From a virus (taxonomy: Duplodnaviria > Heunggongvirae > Uroviricota > Caudoviricetes), in IMG/VR virus record IMGVR_UViG_2737471827_000003, positions 1 to 20,580 of that record: 20,580 bases of DNA; one strand, given 5' to 3'. This document shows, in pieces, positions 7,287 through 15,888 of this stretch; the stretch's first letter is position 1, and each line of letters opens with the position of its first letter. The notes beneath the pieces are model-generated. The model made no database searches, was not told the origin of the DNA, and saw only the letters and a program-made list of their open reading frames with translations. The position numbers were made by a program, and so were the translations under genes.

Positions 7287-7433
7287 TAACAGTTCCCATC
7301 TGTAGGGGAGGGGCGGGTCAAATCTCTGCAACCCTGGCTGCTCAGTACCGCCGCCTGACCTTTCCTCACATCGCCGCAGGTTCGAAAACTTTTTTTGGAA
7401 ATGTGAACAAACGATTGATAGGTAAAACCGATT

Positions 7434-7916
7434 ATGTCTGGACCCCCGAAAACCCCGCCACGCCTGCATTTGATACGAGGCAACCCCTCAAAGCGCCCCG
7501 TTAAAGACTCAAAAAAAACCGCTAAAAAGGATGAAAAAGGTCTCCCTAAAATTCCGCAACATTTAGGGGCGCAGGGGAAGTACTGGTTCAGGCGAATGGC
7601 AGAAGAACTGAATGCGGAAGGGATCATTTCTCAGCTTGATGCGCGTGCACTCGAGTTACTGGTGGAAGCCTACACCGAATACCGGCATCACTGCGAAACC
7701 CTCGATGTTGAGGGATATACCTACCGCACGGAAACGCAGAACGGTGATGTGCTGATTAAGGCACACCCCGCGGCGGCAATGAAAGCGGATGCCTGGAAGA
7801 GGATCCGGGCGATGCTTGCAGAGTTTGGCATGTCACCGGCAAGCCGGGCTAAAGTAAATATCGCCGGACCGGATGATGTCGATCCGCTGGCGGAGCTTTT
7901 AAAAGCGAGAGACTGA
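7434..7916 (+). CDS. Terminase small subunit (P27-family-like)
   Basis: 160 aa with a basic N-terminus, directly upstream of and overlapping the large terminase. Confidence 0.8.
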   Translation: MSGPPKTPPRLHLIRGNPSKRPVKDSKKTAKKDEKGLPKIPQHLGAQGKYWFRRMAEELNAEGIISQLDARALELLVEAYTEYRHHCETLDVEGYTYRTETQNGDVLIKAHPAAAMKADAWKRIRAMLAEFGMSPASRAKVNIAGPDDVDPLAELLKARD

Positions 7917-9673
7917 TGGCAAAAGTGGCTGACGGGATCCGCTACGCCGAACGTGTTGTTGCAGGAGAAATTGTTGCTGGCGAATTTGTCCGTCTGGCCT
8001 GCCAGCGTTTTCTTGATGATCTGAAGTACGGCGAGAAGCGGGGGATTTATTTCAGTGAACCCCGTGCGCAGCACATCCTGAATTTCTACAAATTTGTGCC
8101 CCATGTGAAAGGGGCGCTGGCAGGCCAGCCCATTGAACTGATGGACTGGCATGTATTTATCCTCATTAATATTTTTGGTTTTGTCATTCCGCTGGTGAAT
8201 GAAGAGACCGGGGAAGTTGTCATGCGCAGCGATGGCAGCGGACGCCCGGTGATGGTGCGCCGGTTCCGGACGGCGTACAACGAAGTCGCCCGTAAAAACG
8301 CAAAATCAACCCTGTCATCGGGTATCGGTCTGTATATGACGGGGGCAGATGGTGAAGGTGGTGCTGAGGTGTATTCAGCCGCAACCACGCGTGATCAGGC
8401 CAGAATCGTGTTTGAAGACGCCAAAAATATGGTCAGAAAAGCCCGGTCGACACTCGGGCGGTTGTTTGACTTCAACAAGTTGGCGATTTACCAGGAGCAG
8501 AGCGCATCAAAATTTGAACCGCTTTCCTCGGATGCAAACAACCTGGACGGTCTGAACATCCACTGTGCCATTATTGATGAGCTGCATGCACATAAAACCC
8601 GCGACGTGTGGGACGTTCTGGAGACGGCAACCGGTGCCCGTCTGCAGTCTCTGTTATTTGGCATCACCACGGCTGGCTTTAACAAGGAAGGGATTTGTTA
8701 CGAGCAGCGTGATTACGCCATCAAGGTATTGCGAGGCTATAACAGCGACGTGGAGGGCGCGGTAAAAGACGACTCCTACTTTGCGATCATTTACACGCTC
8801 GATGAGGGAGATGATCCGTTTGATGAAACGGTCTGGCAGAAAGCGAATCCTGGCCTGGGCATCTGTAAACGCTGGGATGATCTGCGTCGTCTGGCGAAAA
8901 AAGCGAAGGAGCAGGTCTCTGCGCGGGTAAATTTTTTTACCAAACACATGAATGTGTGGGTCACTGCCGAATCTGCCTGGATGGATATGATTAAGTGGGA
9001 GAAGTGCGAATACATTGCTCCACAACATGAGCTGAAAACATATCCCATGTGGGTCGGCGTCGACCTTGCTCATAAGATTGATATCTGTGCGGCGGCAAAA
9101 CTCTGGCGAACCGATAACGGACATGTTCATGCTGATTTTAAATTCTGGCTTCCGGAAGGACGGCTGGAACGATGCTCGCGGCAGCAGGCAGAACTTTACC
9201 GGAAGTGGGCGGAGATGGATAAGCTCATCCTGACGGATGGTGATGTTATCGATCATGCTCAGATAAAAAGTGACTTACTGGAATGGATTGGCGGTGAAAA
9301 CCTCAGGGAACTGGGATTTGACCCGTGGAGCGCAATGCAGTTCAGCCTGGCACTGGCTGAAGAAGGGATACCGCTGGTGGAGGTTCCGCAGACGGTCCGC
9401 AATCTGTCAGAGGCCATGAAGGAAACGGAATCACTGGTTTATGCCGGGCGTTTCCATCACAGCAATCATCCGGTCATGAACTGGATGATGTCTAACGTTA
9501 CTGTAAAACCGGACAAAAACGACAACATCTTCCCGAATAAATCCACGCCTGAAGCCAAAATCGACGGCCCTGTTGCACTTTTTACGGCCATGAGCCGCTT
9601 TCTGGTAAATGGCGGGGACGTGAATGACTTTCTGTCCACGCTTGATCCTGATGAGGACCTGTTAATTCTGTGA
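7916..9673 (+). CDS. Terminase large subunit
   Basis: 585 aa, with an N-terminal ATPase region and a C-terminal nuclease region; position between small terminase and portal. Confidence 0.85.
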   Translation: MAKVADGIRYAERVVAGEIVAGEFVRLACQRFLDDLKYGEKRGIYFSEPRAQHILNFYKFVPHVKGALAGQPIELMDWHVFILINIFGFVIPLVNEETGEVVMRSDGSGRPVMVRRFRTAYNEVARKNAKSTLSSGIGLYMTGADGEGGAEVYSAATTRDQARIVFEDAKNMVRKARSTLGRLFDFNKLAIYQEQSASKFEPLSSDANNLDGLNIHCAIIDELHAHKTRDVWDVLETATGARLQSLLFGITTAGFNKEGICYEQRDYAIKVLRGYNSDVEGAVKDDSYFAIIYTLDEGDDPFDETVWQKANPGLGICKRWDDLRRLAKKAKEQVSARVNFFTKHMNVWVTAESAWMDMIKWEKCEYIAPQHELKTYPMWVGVDLAHKIDICAAAKLWRTDNGHVHADFKFWLPEGRLERCSRQQAELYRKWAEMDKLILTDGDVIDHAQIKSDLLEWIGGENLRELGFDPWSAMQFSLALAEEGIPLVEVPQTVRNLSEAMKETESLVYAGRFHHSNHPVMNWMMSNVTVKPDKNDNIFPNKSTPEAKIDGPVALFTAMSRFLVNGGDVNDFLSTLDPDEDLLIL

Positions 9674-9831
9674 AACAGCTTATTACTGATATGACCGGGC
9701 TGATCGGTTTCGGTTTGCTCACTGCTGGCGTTTATCTGTATGCAGGTCTGCCAGCGTCTCTGATGCTGTCTGGCTGTTTGTTGCTGCTTTATGCACTGGT
9801 GGTGTCCATGAGGAGAAAACATGCTTCTTGA
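9670..9831 (+). CDS. Small hydrophobic protein (about 53 aa, likely membrane), hypothetical
   Basis: GTG 9670 overlaps the terminase stop; translation VKQLITDMTGLIGFGLLTAGVYLYAGLPASLMLSGCLLLLYALVVSMRRKHAS; stop overlaps the portal start. Below the ORF-track length cutoff. Confidence 0.35.
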   Translation: MKQLITDMTGLIGFGLLTAGVYLYAGLPASLMLSGCLLLLYALVVSMRRKHAS

Positions 9832-11047
9832 TGCTCTGTTTCGCAGTGAGCCTCTGGAAAATCCCTCGGTTCCGGTAACCGGAGAGGCCGCTGAGACGGA
9901 TAATATTTTTGCCCGGGATGTGTATGTCAGTCCGGAAACATCCATGAAGCTGGCTGCTGTCTATGCCTGTATTTATGTTATTTCATCCAGTGTGGCTCAG
10001 ATGCCCCTGCATGTGATGCGAAAAACGAATGAGCATGTTCAGCCGGCACGCGATCATCCGTTGTTCTGGCTCGTTCATGATGAACCTAATGCCTGGCAGA
10101 CCAGCTATAAGTGGCGGGAACTGAAGCAGCGTCATGTGCTGGGGTGGGGCAATGGTTATACGTGGGTAAAACGTAATCGTCGTGGCGAGGTTACCAGCCT
10201 TGAATGCTGTATGCCATGGGAAACCACGTTACTTAACACCGGTGGGCGTCATACTTACGGGGTGTATAACGAAGAGGGGGCATTTGCGGTAAGTCCGGAT
10301 GACATGATCCATATCAGGGCGCTGGGAAACAATCAGAAAATGGGACTGAGCCCGATCATGCAGCATGCTGAAACCATTGGTATGGGAATGAGTGGCCAGC
10401 AGTATACCAGCGCCTTTTTTAACGGTAATGCCCGTCCTGCCGGTATTATTTCTGTGAAAAATGAACTGAACGAACAGAGCTGGGGCAGGCTTAAAAATAT
10501 GTGGCAGCGGGCGGTGACAGCGCTTCGCAGCCAGGAAAATAAAACCATGCTGCTGCCTGCGCAACTGGATTACCGCGCTCTGACAGTTTCTCCGGTGGAT
10601 GCTCAGATCATTGATATGACCAAGCTGAACAGGTCGATGATTGCCGGGATTTTTAATGTCCCGGCGCACATGATTAATGACCTGGAAAAAGCCACATTTT
10701 CGAATATTACGCAGCAGGCGATTCAGTTTGTTCGCTACACGATGATGCCCTGGGTTGCGAACTGGGAGCAGGAGCTTAACCGTCGCCTGTTTACCCGCAC
10801 AGAACGGGCTGCCGGGTATTACGTTCGTTTCAACCTTACAGGATTGCTCCGCGGGACTCCGCAGGAGCGTGCGCAGTTTTATCACTTTGCCATTACAGAT
10901 GGCTGGATGAGCCGGAATGAAGCGAGGGCATTTGAGGACATGAACCCGGTTGATGGTCTGGATGAAATGCTGGTCAGCGTAAATGCAGCAAATCCGTTGA
11001 ATGATTTTAAAGATACGAAAGGCAAAGAGGAAAAGAACGATGAATGA
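9821..11047 (+). CDS. Portal protein (HK97-family)
   Basis: 408 aa; position after terminase; sequence character typical of HK97-type portals. Confidence 0.85.
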   Translation: MLLDALFRSEPLENPSVPVTGEAAETDNIFARDVYVSPETSMKLAAVYACIYVISSSVAQMPLHVMRKTNEHVQPARDHPLFWLVHDEPNAWQTSYKWRELKQRHVLGWGNGYTWVKRNRRGEVTSLECCMPWETTLLNTGGRHTYGVYNEEGAFAVSPDDMIHIRALGNNQKMGLSPIMQHAETIGMGMSGQQYTSAFFNGNARPAGIISVKNELNEQSWGRLKNMWQRAVTALRSQENKTMLLPAQLDYRALTVSPVDAQIIDMTKLNRSMIAGIFNVPAHMINDLEKATFSNITQQAIQFVRYTMMPWVANWEQELNRRLFTRTERAAGYYVRFNLTGLLRGTPQERAQFYHFAITDGWMSRNEARAFEDMNPVDGLDEMLVSVNAANPLNDFKDTKGKEEKNDE

Positions 11048-11639
11048 CCGTGAAACGCGCTGTTACAGCGGGGAAGTGCGGGCAGAACAATATGATAATG
11101 CCCCGACTCATATTTTGGGGTATGGCTCGGTATTTAACAGTCGTTCAGAACCTCTGTGGGGATTTCGTGAAATCATCAAGCCGGGGGCTTTTGACGACGT
11201 GCTGAATGATGATGTACGTGGATTGTTTAATCATGATCCTAATTTCATTCTCGGACGAAGTTCTGCCGGCACGTTGTCATTATCAGTGGATGAACGTGGT
11301 TTGCGTTACGACATTGTTGCACCGGATACGCCGACGATTTGTGACCTGGTGCTGTCACCAATGTTGCGTGGTGACATTAATCAGTCCTCGTTCGCGTTTC
11401 GCGTCGCTCGTGATGGAGAGAGCTGGTATGAAGACGACGAGGGGATTGTTATCCGGGAAATCACGCGCATTTCTCGTCTGTATGACGTCAGCCCGGTGAC
11501 ATATCCGGCCTATCAGGACGCAGACTCTGGTGTCCGCTCAATGAAAGCCTGGCAGGAAGCGCGGGCGAGTGGTGCGCTGAAGAAAGCTGTTAACGAACGA
11601 ATGGCGCGTGAGCGTCTTTTGACCCTTCTTAATGCATAA
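11040..11639 (+). CDS. Prohead maturation protease (HK97-family)
   Basis: Starts at the in-frame ATG at 11040 (MNDRETR...), overlapping the portal stop; position between portal and capsid gene. Confidence 0.8.
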   Translation: MNDRETRCYSGEVRAEQYDNAPTHILGYGSVFNSRSEPLWGFREIIKPGAFDDVLNDDVRGLFNHDPNFILGRSSAGTLSLSVDERGLRYDIVAPDTPTICDLVLSPMLRGDINQSSFAFRVARDGESWYEDDEGIVIREITRISRLYDVSPVTYPAYQDADSGVRSMKAWQEARASGALKKAVNERMARERLLTLLNA

Positions 11640-11653
11640 GGATACTACTGACG

Positions 11654-12871
11654 ATGAAACTTCATGAGATGAAGCAAAAACGAAACACCATTGCAAAGGA
11701 TATGCGTGCACTGCATGAAAAAATTGGTGATAACGCATGGACTGATGAGCAACGGGCAGAGTGGAACAGGGCGAAAGCTGAGCTGGATGCGCTGGATGAG
11801 CAAATCGCCCGTGAAGAAGAGTTGCGCCGTCAGGATCAGGAATATGTGGATGAGTCCGGGCCGGAAGAGCGCCAGAATAATGAGGCGGAGAACGGGAAAA
11901 AGGCGGTGGAAGAGAAGCGCGCTGCGGCATTTAACCGTTTTCTGCGTGCCGGATTTGCAGAACTGAATGCTGAAGAGCGTAATCTGATGCGTGAACTGCG
12001 GGCTCAGAGTGTAACAACGGATTCTCAGGGCGGATATACGGTGCCCACGCAGATGCGTAACAAAATCATTGACACCATGAAGGCTTATGGCGGGATTGCC
12101 AGTGTGGCGCAACTTCTGACCACATCAACCGGGCAGGATATCACCTGGTCAACGTCTGATGGCACGACTGAAGAGGGCGAACTGCTGGCGGAAAATACAG
12201 CCGCAACGGAACAGGATGTGACGTTCGGGACCGCTATTCTGGGGGCTAAAAAGCTGTCATCAAAAATAATTCGTGTGTCCAATGAGCTGCTCCAGGACAG
12301 TGGGGTGGATATTGAATCTTATCTGGCAAACCGTATTGCCCAGCGTATTGGTCGTGGAGAGGCAAAATATCTGGTTCAGGGGACCGGAACGGGATCACCG
12401 TTACAGCCAAAAGGGCTTGCAGCGTCGGTGACGGGAACCATCCAGACTGCAGCCTCTGCCGCTTTCACCTGGAAAGAAATGAATGCCCTGAAACATGCCA
12501 TTGATCCGGCATATCGTGGTGGGCCGAAATACCGCTGGGCATTCAATGATGCCACATTGCAGACTATTGAAGAGATGGAGGATGGACAGAAACGCCCGTT
12601 ATGGCTGCCGGATATTGCAGGCGGTACGCCGGCTACTGTGCTGGGGATCCCTTATGTTATTGATCAGGCTATTGACGGGATTGGTACCGGGAAAAAATTC
12701 ATTTTCCTTGGGGATTTCAACCGATTTATCATTCGCCGCGTTACTTATATGGAACTGAAACGTCTGGTTGAGCGTTATGCTGAGTTTGATCAGGTGGCAT
12801 TTCTGGCTTTCCATCGTTTTGACTGTGTGCTGGAAGATGTGGCAGCCATCAAGGCGCTCACTGGCAAATAA
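11654..12871 (+). CDS. Major capsid protein (HK97-fold) with N-terminal coiled-coil delta/scaffold domain
   Basis: 405 aa; the N-terminal roughly 100 aa is charged and coiled-coil (EQRAEWNRAKAELDALDEQIAREEELRRQ); no separate scaffold gene; followed by a strong terminator. Confidence 0.85.
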   Translation: MKLHEMKQKRNTIAKDMRALHEKIGDNAWTDEQRAEWNRAKAELDALDEQIAREEELRRQDQEYVDESGPEERQNNEAENGKKAVEEKRAAAFNRFLRAGFAELNAEERNLMRELRAQSVTTDSQGGYTVPTQMRNKIIDTMKAYGGIASVAQLLTTSTGQDITWSTSDGTTEEGELLAENTAATEQDVTFGTAILGAKKLSSKIIRVSNELLQDSGVDIESYLANRIAQRIGRGEAKYLVQGTGTGSPLQPKGLAASVTGTIQTAASAAFTWKEMNALKHAIDPAYRGGPKYRWAFNDATLQTIEEMEDGQKRPLWLPDIAGGTPATVLGIPYVIDQAIDGIGTGKKFIFLGDFNRFIIRRVTYMELKRLVERYAEFDQVAFLAFHRFDCVLEDVAAIKALTGK

Positions 12872-12893
12872 CCACACGTTGTTCAGTTACAGA

Positions 12894-12915
12894 CCGCGCC
12901 GACGCGGTTTTTTTT
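12894..12915 (+). terminator. Rho-independent terminator after the capsid gene
   Basis: Stem CCGCG, loop CCGA, stem CGCGG, then T8. A second perfect 7-bp hairpin GCCCGCA/TGCGGGC (12918-12937) follows, immediately upstream of the next RBS. Confidence 0.75.
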
Positions 12916-12948
12916 ATGCCCGCACAGTGTTGCGGGCAGGAGTTTCTG

Positions 12949-13266
12949 ATGGCAGCAATAGTGGAAAAACTCAGGGCACAGTGCCGTATTGATACAGATG
13001 ATGCAACTGATGATGAGTTACTGATGCTGTATTTCCGGGCGGCCTGCCGCAAGGCAGAAAATTTTATCAACCGTAAGCTTTATGAGGAGACGGTGCCGGA
13101 AGGTGATCCTGAAGGGGTGCTTATAGCTGATGATGTTTTGCTGGCGCTCATGTTGCTGGTCGGACACTGGTACGAAAACCGGGAAAATTCCTCAGATGTC
13201 AGCAAGGCACCAGTCCCGTTTGGTTTTTCTTCTCTGCTGGAGCCTTATCGTTTTATTCCTTTGTAG
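12949..13266 (+). CDS. Head-tail connector protein (gp6-like)
   Basis: Start chosen at ATG 12949, after AGGAG at 12938-12942; the ORF-track start at 12916 lies inside the hairpin. Confidence 0.65.
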   Translation: MAAIVEKLRAQCRIDTDDATDDELLMLYFRAACRKAENFINRKLYEETVPEGDPEGVLIADDVLLALMLLVGHWYENRENSSDVSKAPVPFGFSSLLEPYRFIPL

Positions 13267-13274
13267 GAGGAGGC

Positions 13275-13613
13275 ATGCAGGCGGGCAGATTACGTGATCG
13301 CGTAATTATTCTGAATGTCACCACCGCCCGCTCTCCGTCAGGGCATCCGGTGGAGACGGTGACGGAGGGAGCTACCGTATGGGCAGAAGTCAGGGGGATC
13401 AGCGGCAGGGAACGTATGTCTGCTGGTGCAGAAACAGCGCAGGCTACGGTGAGAGTCTGGATGCGTTTCCGGCGTGATGTGACGGCCGCTTCGCGTCTGA
13501 AAGTGCTGACGGGGGCTTATAAGGGAACCATTTTGCATGTTGACGGGCCGCCGATCCCCGATACCAGGTGCAGGCGGCTTGAATTACTGTGCAGTGTTGG
13601 AGGTAAAGGATGA
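13275..13613 (+). CDS. Head closure / head-tail adaptor protein
   Basis: 112 aa; position and size within the HK97-type connector gene series. Confidence 0.6.
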   Translation: MQAGRLRDRVIILNVTTARSPSGHPVETVTEGATVWAEVRGISGRERMSAGAETAQATVRVWMRFRRDVTAASRLKVLTGAYKGTILHVDGPPIPDTRCRRLELLCSVGGKG

Positions 13614-14059
13614 CGGATTTCACCCTGGATTTTTCTGGTCTGGATGATATTGCCAGAGATCTGGAACTTCTCAGCAGAGCGGAAAGCAATAAAGTACTGC
13701 GTGATGCCACCCGTGCAGGTGCTGAAGTTATCCGGGATGCGGTTGTCGAATGTGCGCCGGAGCGAACCGGGAAACTGAAGAAAAATGTGGTTGTTCTGAC
13801 GAAGCGTTCAAAGCGTCGCGGGGAAATTATTTCTGGTATCCACATTCGTGGTCGGAACATGCGAACCGGTAACAGTGATAACAGCATGAAAGCCAGCGAT
13901 CCGCGAAATGCGTTTTACTGGCGCTTTGTGGAACTGGGCACGGTAAATATGCCTGCTCATCCGTTTATTCGTCCGGCCTTTGATACGACAGAGGAACTGG
14001 CCGCACAGGTTGCCATACAGCGAATGAATCAGGCTATTGATGAGGTATTAAGTCAATGA
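13610..14059 (+). CDS. HK97 gp10-family protein (tail-proximal neck component)
   Basis: 149 aa; start overlaps the upstream stop (ATGA), indicating translational coupling; synteny. Confidence 0.6.
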   Translation: MTDFTLDFSGLDDIARDLELLSRAESNKVLRDATRAGAEVIRDAVVECAPERTGKLKKNVVVLTKRSKRRGEIISGIHIRGRNMRTGNSDNSMKASDPRNAFYWRFVELGTVNMPAHPFIRPAFDTTEELAAQVAIQRMNQAIDEVLSQ

Positions 14060-14400
14060 GGGAGGCCACCCTGTATTCCCTGCTGTCGGAACTGGCCGGA
14101 GGACAGGTTTATCCTTATGTGGTCCCGCTGACGGAGGGAAAGCCTGCGGTATCTCCGCCGTGGCTGGTGTTTTCTGTGGTATCTGATGTTTCTGCGGATG
14201 TGCTGGGTGGTCAGGCGGAATCAAGAATGACGGTACAGATAGACGTCTGGGCAGATGGACCCGATCTGGCGCGTGAAATCCGGGAACAGGCGATGTCTGC
14301 CGTTCGTCCGCTGGCCCCGTTTGCTGTCTCCCAAACCCAGGGATACGATTCTGATTCTGGCCTTAACCGGGCCACGCTGGAATTTCAGGTGATGTATTAA
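14056..14400 (+). CDS. Tail completion protein (gp11/DUF3168-like)
   Basis: 114 aa; overlaps the upstream stop (ATGA); last gene before the major tail protein. Confidence 0.55.
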   Translation: MREATLYSLLSELAGGQVYPYVVPLTEGKPAVSPPWLVFSVVSDVSADVLGGQAESRMTVQIDVWADGPDLAREIREQAMSAVRPLAPFAVSQTQGYDSDSGLNRATLEFQVMY

Positions 14401-14403
14401 TGA

Positions 14404-14424
14404 CCCGCTGCTGGCGGGTTTTTT
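14404..14424 (+). terminator. Rho-independent terminator/attenuator upstream of the major tail gene
   Basis: Stem CCCGC, loop TGCTG, stem GCGGG, then T6. Confidence 0.65.
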
Positions 14425-14441
14425 CTTTTCAGGAGATGTAT

Positions 14442-15158
14442 ATGCCATCTAATTATGAACGATCCCAGTTGACGCAGGTGATGATTTCATCCGCTCCCGT
14501 AAGGCCTGAAACCGTGGAGAAAGCGGAATACCTGCGTCTGGACTGTACCATCAAGGAAGTCCAGTTTACTGCGGGTCAGAAACAGGATGTTGACGTGACA
14601 ACGCTTTGCTCCACAGAACAGGAGAATATCAACGGCCTTGGATCTCCATCCGAGATTTCAATGTCGGGTAACTTCTTTATGAATCCTGCACAGAACGCCC
14701 TGCGTGATGCGTATGATAATGACAGTGTGTATGCATTTAAGGTGCAGTTTCCGTCCGGACGTGGGTTTAAGTTTATGGCAGAAGTACGTCAGCATACCTG
14801 GTCTTCCGGCACTAATGGCGTGGTGGCTGCGACTTTTTCCCTGCGTCTGAAAGGGAAGCCTTCGCTGTATGTGGTACCACTGGATTTTGTGCGTAACCTT
14901 CCGGAAGCGCATGTGGTGACGACAGGATCATTACTGACGCTGTCTGTTGCGGTCAGTGGAGGTACTCCGCCTTACAGCTATACCTGGTATAAAGACGGTA
15001 AGGCTGTGGCTGACCAGACTACAGACACGTTCAATAAAGCCGGTGCGCAGACGGAGGATACTGGCGAGTACACTTGTACGGTGATGGATTCGGCGAATCA
15101 GCCTCTGAGTGTCACATCACTGGCGTGTCAGGTGATGGTGAATGCGGTAACCGGATAA
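14442..15158 (+). CDS. Major tail protein (lambda V-like) with C-terminal Ig-like domain
   Basis: AGGAG at 14431-14435 then ATG at 14442; C-terminal region ...YSYTWYKDGKAVADQ...TEDTGEYTCTVMD... has the Ig I-set-like Y-x-C signature. Confidence 0.8.
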   Translation: MPSNYERSQLTQVMISSAPVRPETVEKAEYLRLDCTIKEVQFTAGQKQDVDVTTLCSTEQENINGLGSPSEISMSGNFFMNPAQNALRDAYDNDSVYAFKVQFPSGRGFKFMAEVRQHTWSSGTNGVVAATFSLRLKGKPSLYVVPLDFVRNLPEAHVVTTGSLLTLSVAVSGGTPPYSYTWYKDGKAVADQTTDTFNKAGAQTEDTGEYTCTVMDSANQPLSVTSLACQVMVNAVTG

Positions 15159-15167
15159 GGAAATGTC

Positions 15168-15539
15168 ATGGAAAAAGATTTAAAAACGCTGGCGCTGTCA
15201 ACGATGGCGGGGTTTCGTCATAAGACAGTGGTGGTACCGGAATGGGACGGCGCTACGGTAGTGCTGAGGGAGCCGTCAACTGAAGCCTGGCTACGCTGGC
15301 AGGAGATAGTCAGACAGGAAAAGGGGGAAACGCAGTTGTCCGTTTCGGTACGGGCCCGCCGGGATCTGGAAGCCGATGTTGAGTTGTTCATTGATGTTTT
15401 GTGCGATACCGGGATGAAAAAGGTATTTTCTGCGGGTGATCGGGAACAGGTACTGGCAGTGTATGGTCCTGTGCATACGCGACTATTGCGGCAGGCGCTG
15501 GAGCTGGTTACTGATGCCGGTGAGGTTAAAAAAAAATAG
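15168..15539 (+). CDS. Tail assembly chaperone (lambda G-like)
   Basis: 123 aa ending GEVKKK-stop on an A9 tract; followed by a T-like ORF in the -1 frame. Confidence 0.8.
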   Translation: MEKDLKTLALSTMAGFRHKTVVVPEWDGATVVLREPSTEAWLRWQEIVRQEKGETQLSVSVRARRDLEADVELFIDVLCDTGMKKVFSAGDREQVLAVYGPVHTRLLRQALELVTDAGEVKKK

Positions 15540-15841
15540 CCATGCCGGGGATGCGTTTTCTGATGATGCTGGCGCTCAGGATGGGGCGCACATTGTCAGA
15601 GTTACGCCGGGAAATGTCCGCATCAGAAATCATGATGTGGGCAGAATTTGACAGGTTCAGCCCGCTGGGAGACGAACGGGCTGATATCCGGGCTGCCCAG
15701 ATTGTTTCAGCTGTTTACGGTGCGCAGGGGGTCAAAGTGCCACTGAATGATGCGCTTCTTCAGTGGGAGAAGGAGCAGACAGAAGGCACCTCAGATCCAT
15801 TTGCCGGACTGGAAAATGCGCTTTTAACCGTATCTCAGTGA
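15168..15841 (+). CDS. Tail assembly chaperone fusion (GT-like), produced by a programmed -1 ribosomal frameshift on the A9 slippery tract (15528-15536)
   Basis: The -1 frame (15542..15841 in the ORF track) is open upstream to 15530, inside the A-run. A slip after the codon at 15531-15533 reads KKIAMPGMRF... in continuity. Confidence 0.7.
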
Positions 15842-15852
15842 GTCGACATAAC

Positions 15853-15872
15853 CGCTTCGGCGGTTTTTTTTT
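15853..15872 (+). terminator. Weak terminator/attenuator-like hairpin between the T-like ORF and the tape measure gene
   Basis: ACCGC, loop TTCG, GCGGT, followed by T9. Confidence 0.4.
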
Positions 15873-15888
15873 CGTCCGGAGAATGAGA

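Noticed and set aside
8654-9256. 200-aa ORF on the minus strand inside the large terminase gene
   Set aside because: Fully antisense to a well-supported CDS, with no RBS or recognisable protein features; long antisense ORFs are expected by chance in GC-balanced coding DNA.
10229-10885. 218-aa minus-strand ORF inside the portal gene
   Set aside because: Antisense to the portal CDS; composition is Arg/His-rich and low-complexity, as expected for a shadow ORF.
11001-11039. Upstream ATG starts suggested by the ORF track for the protease (11001), connector (12916), major tail (14400), tape measure (15763) and M (19067) genes
   Set aside because: These extensions overlap the preceding gene or a terminator hairpin and lack an RBS; in-frame downstream starts with Shine-Dalgarno sequences (11040, 12949, 14442, 15889, 19112) were preferred.
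11206-11499. 97-aa + strand ORF in another frame inside the prohead protease gene
   Set aside because: Overlaps a confidently placed CDS out of frame; Cys/Trp-rich, implausible composition.
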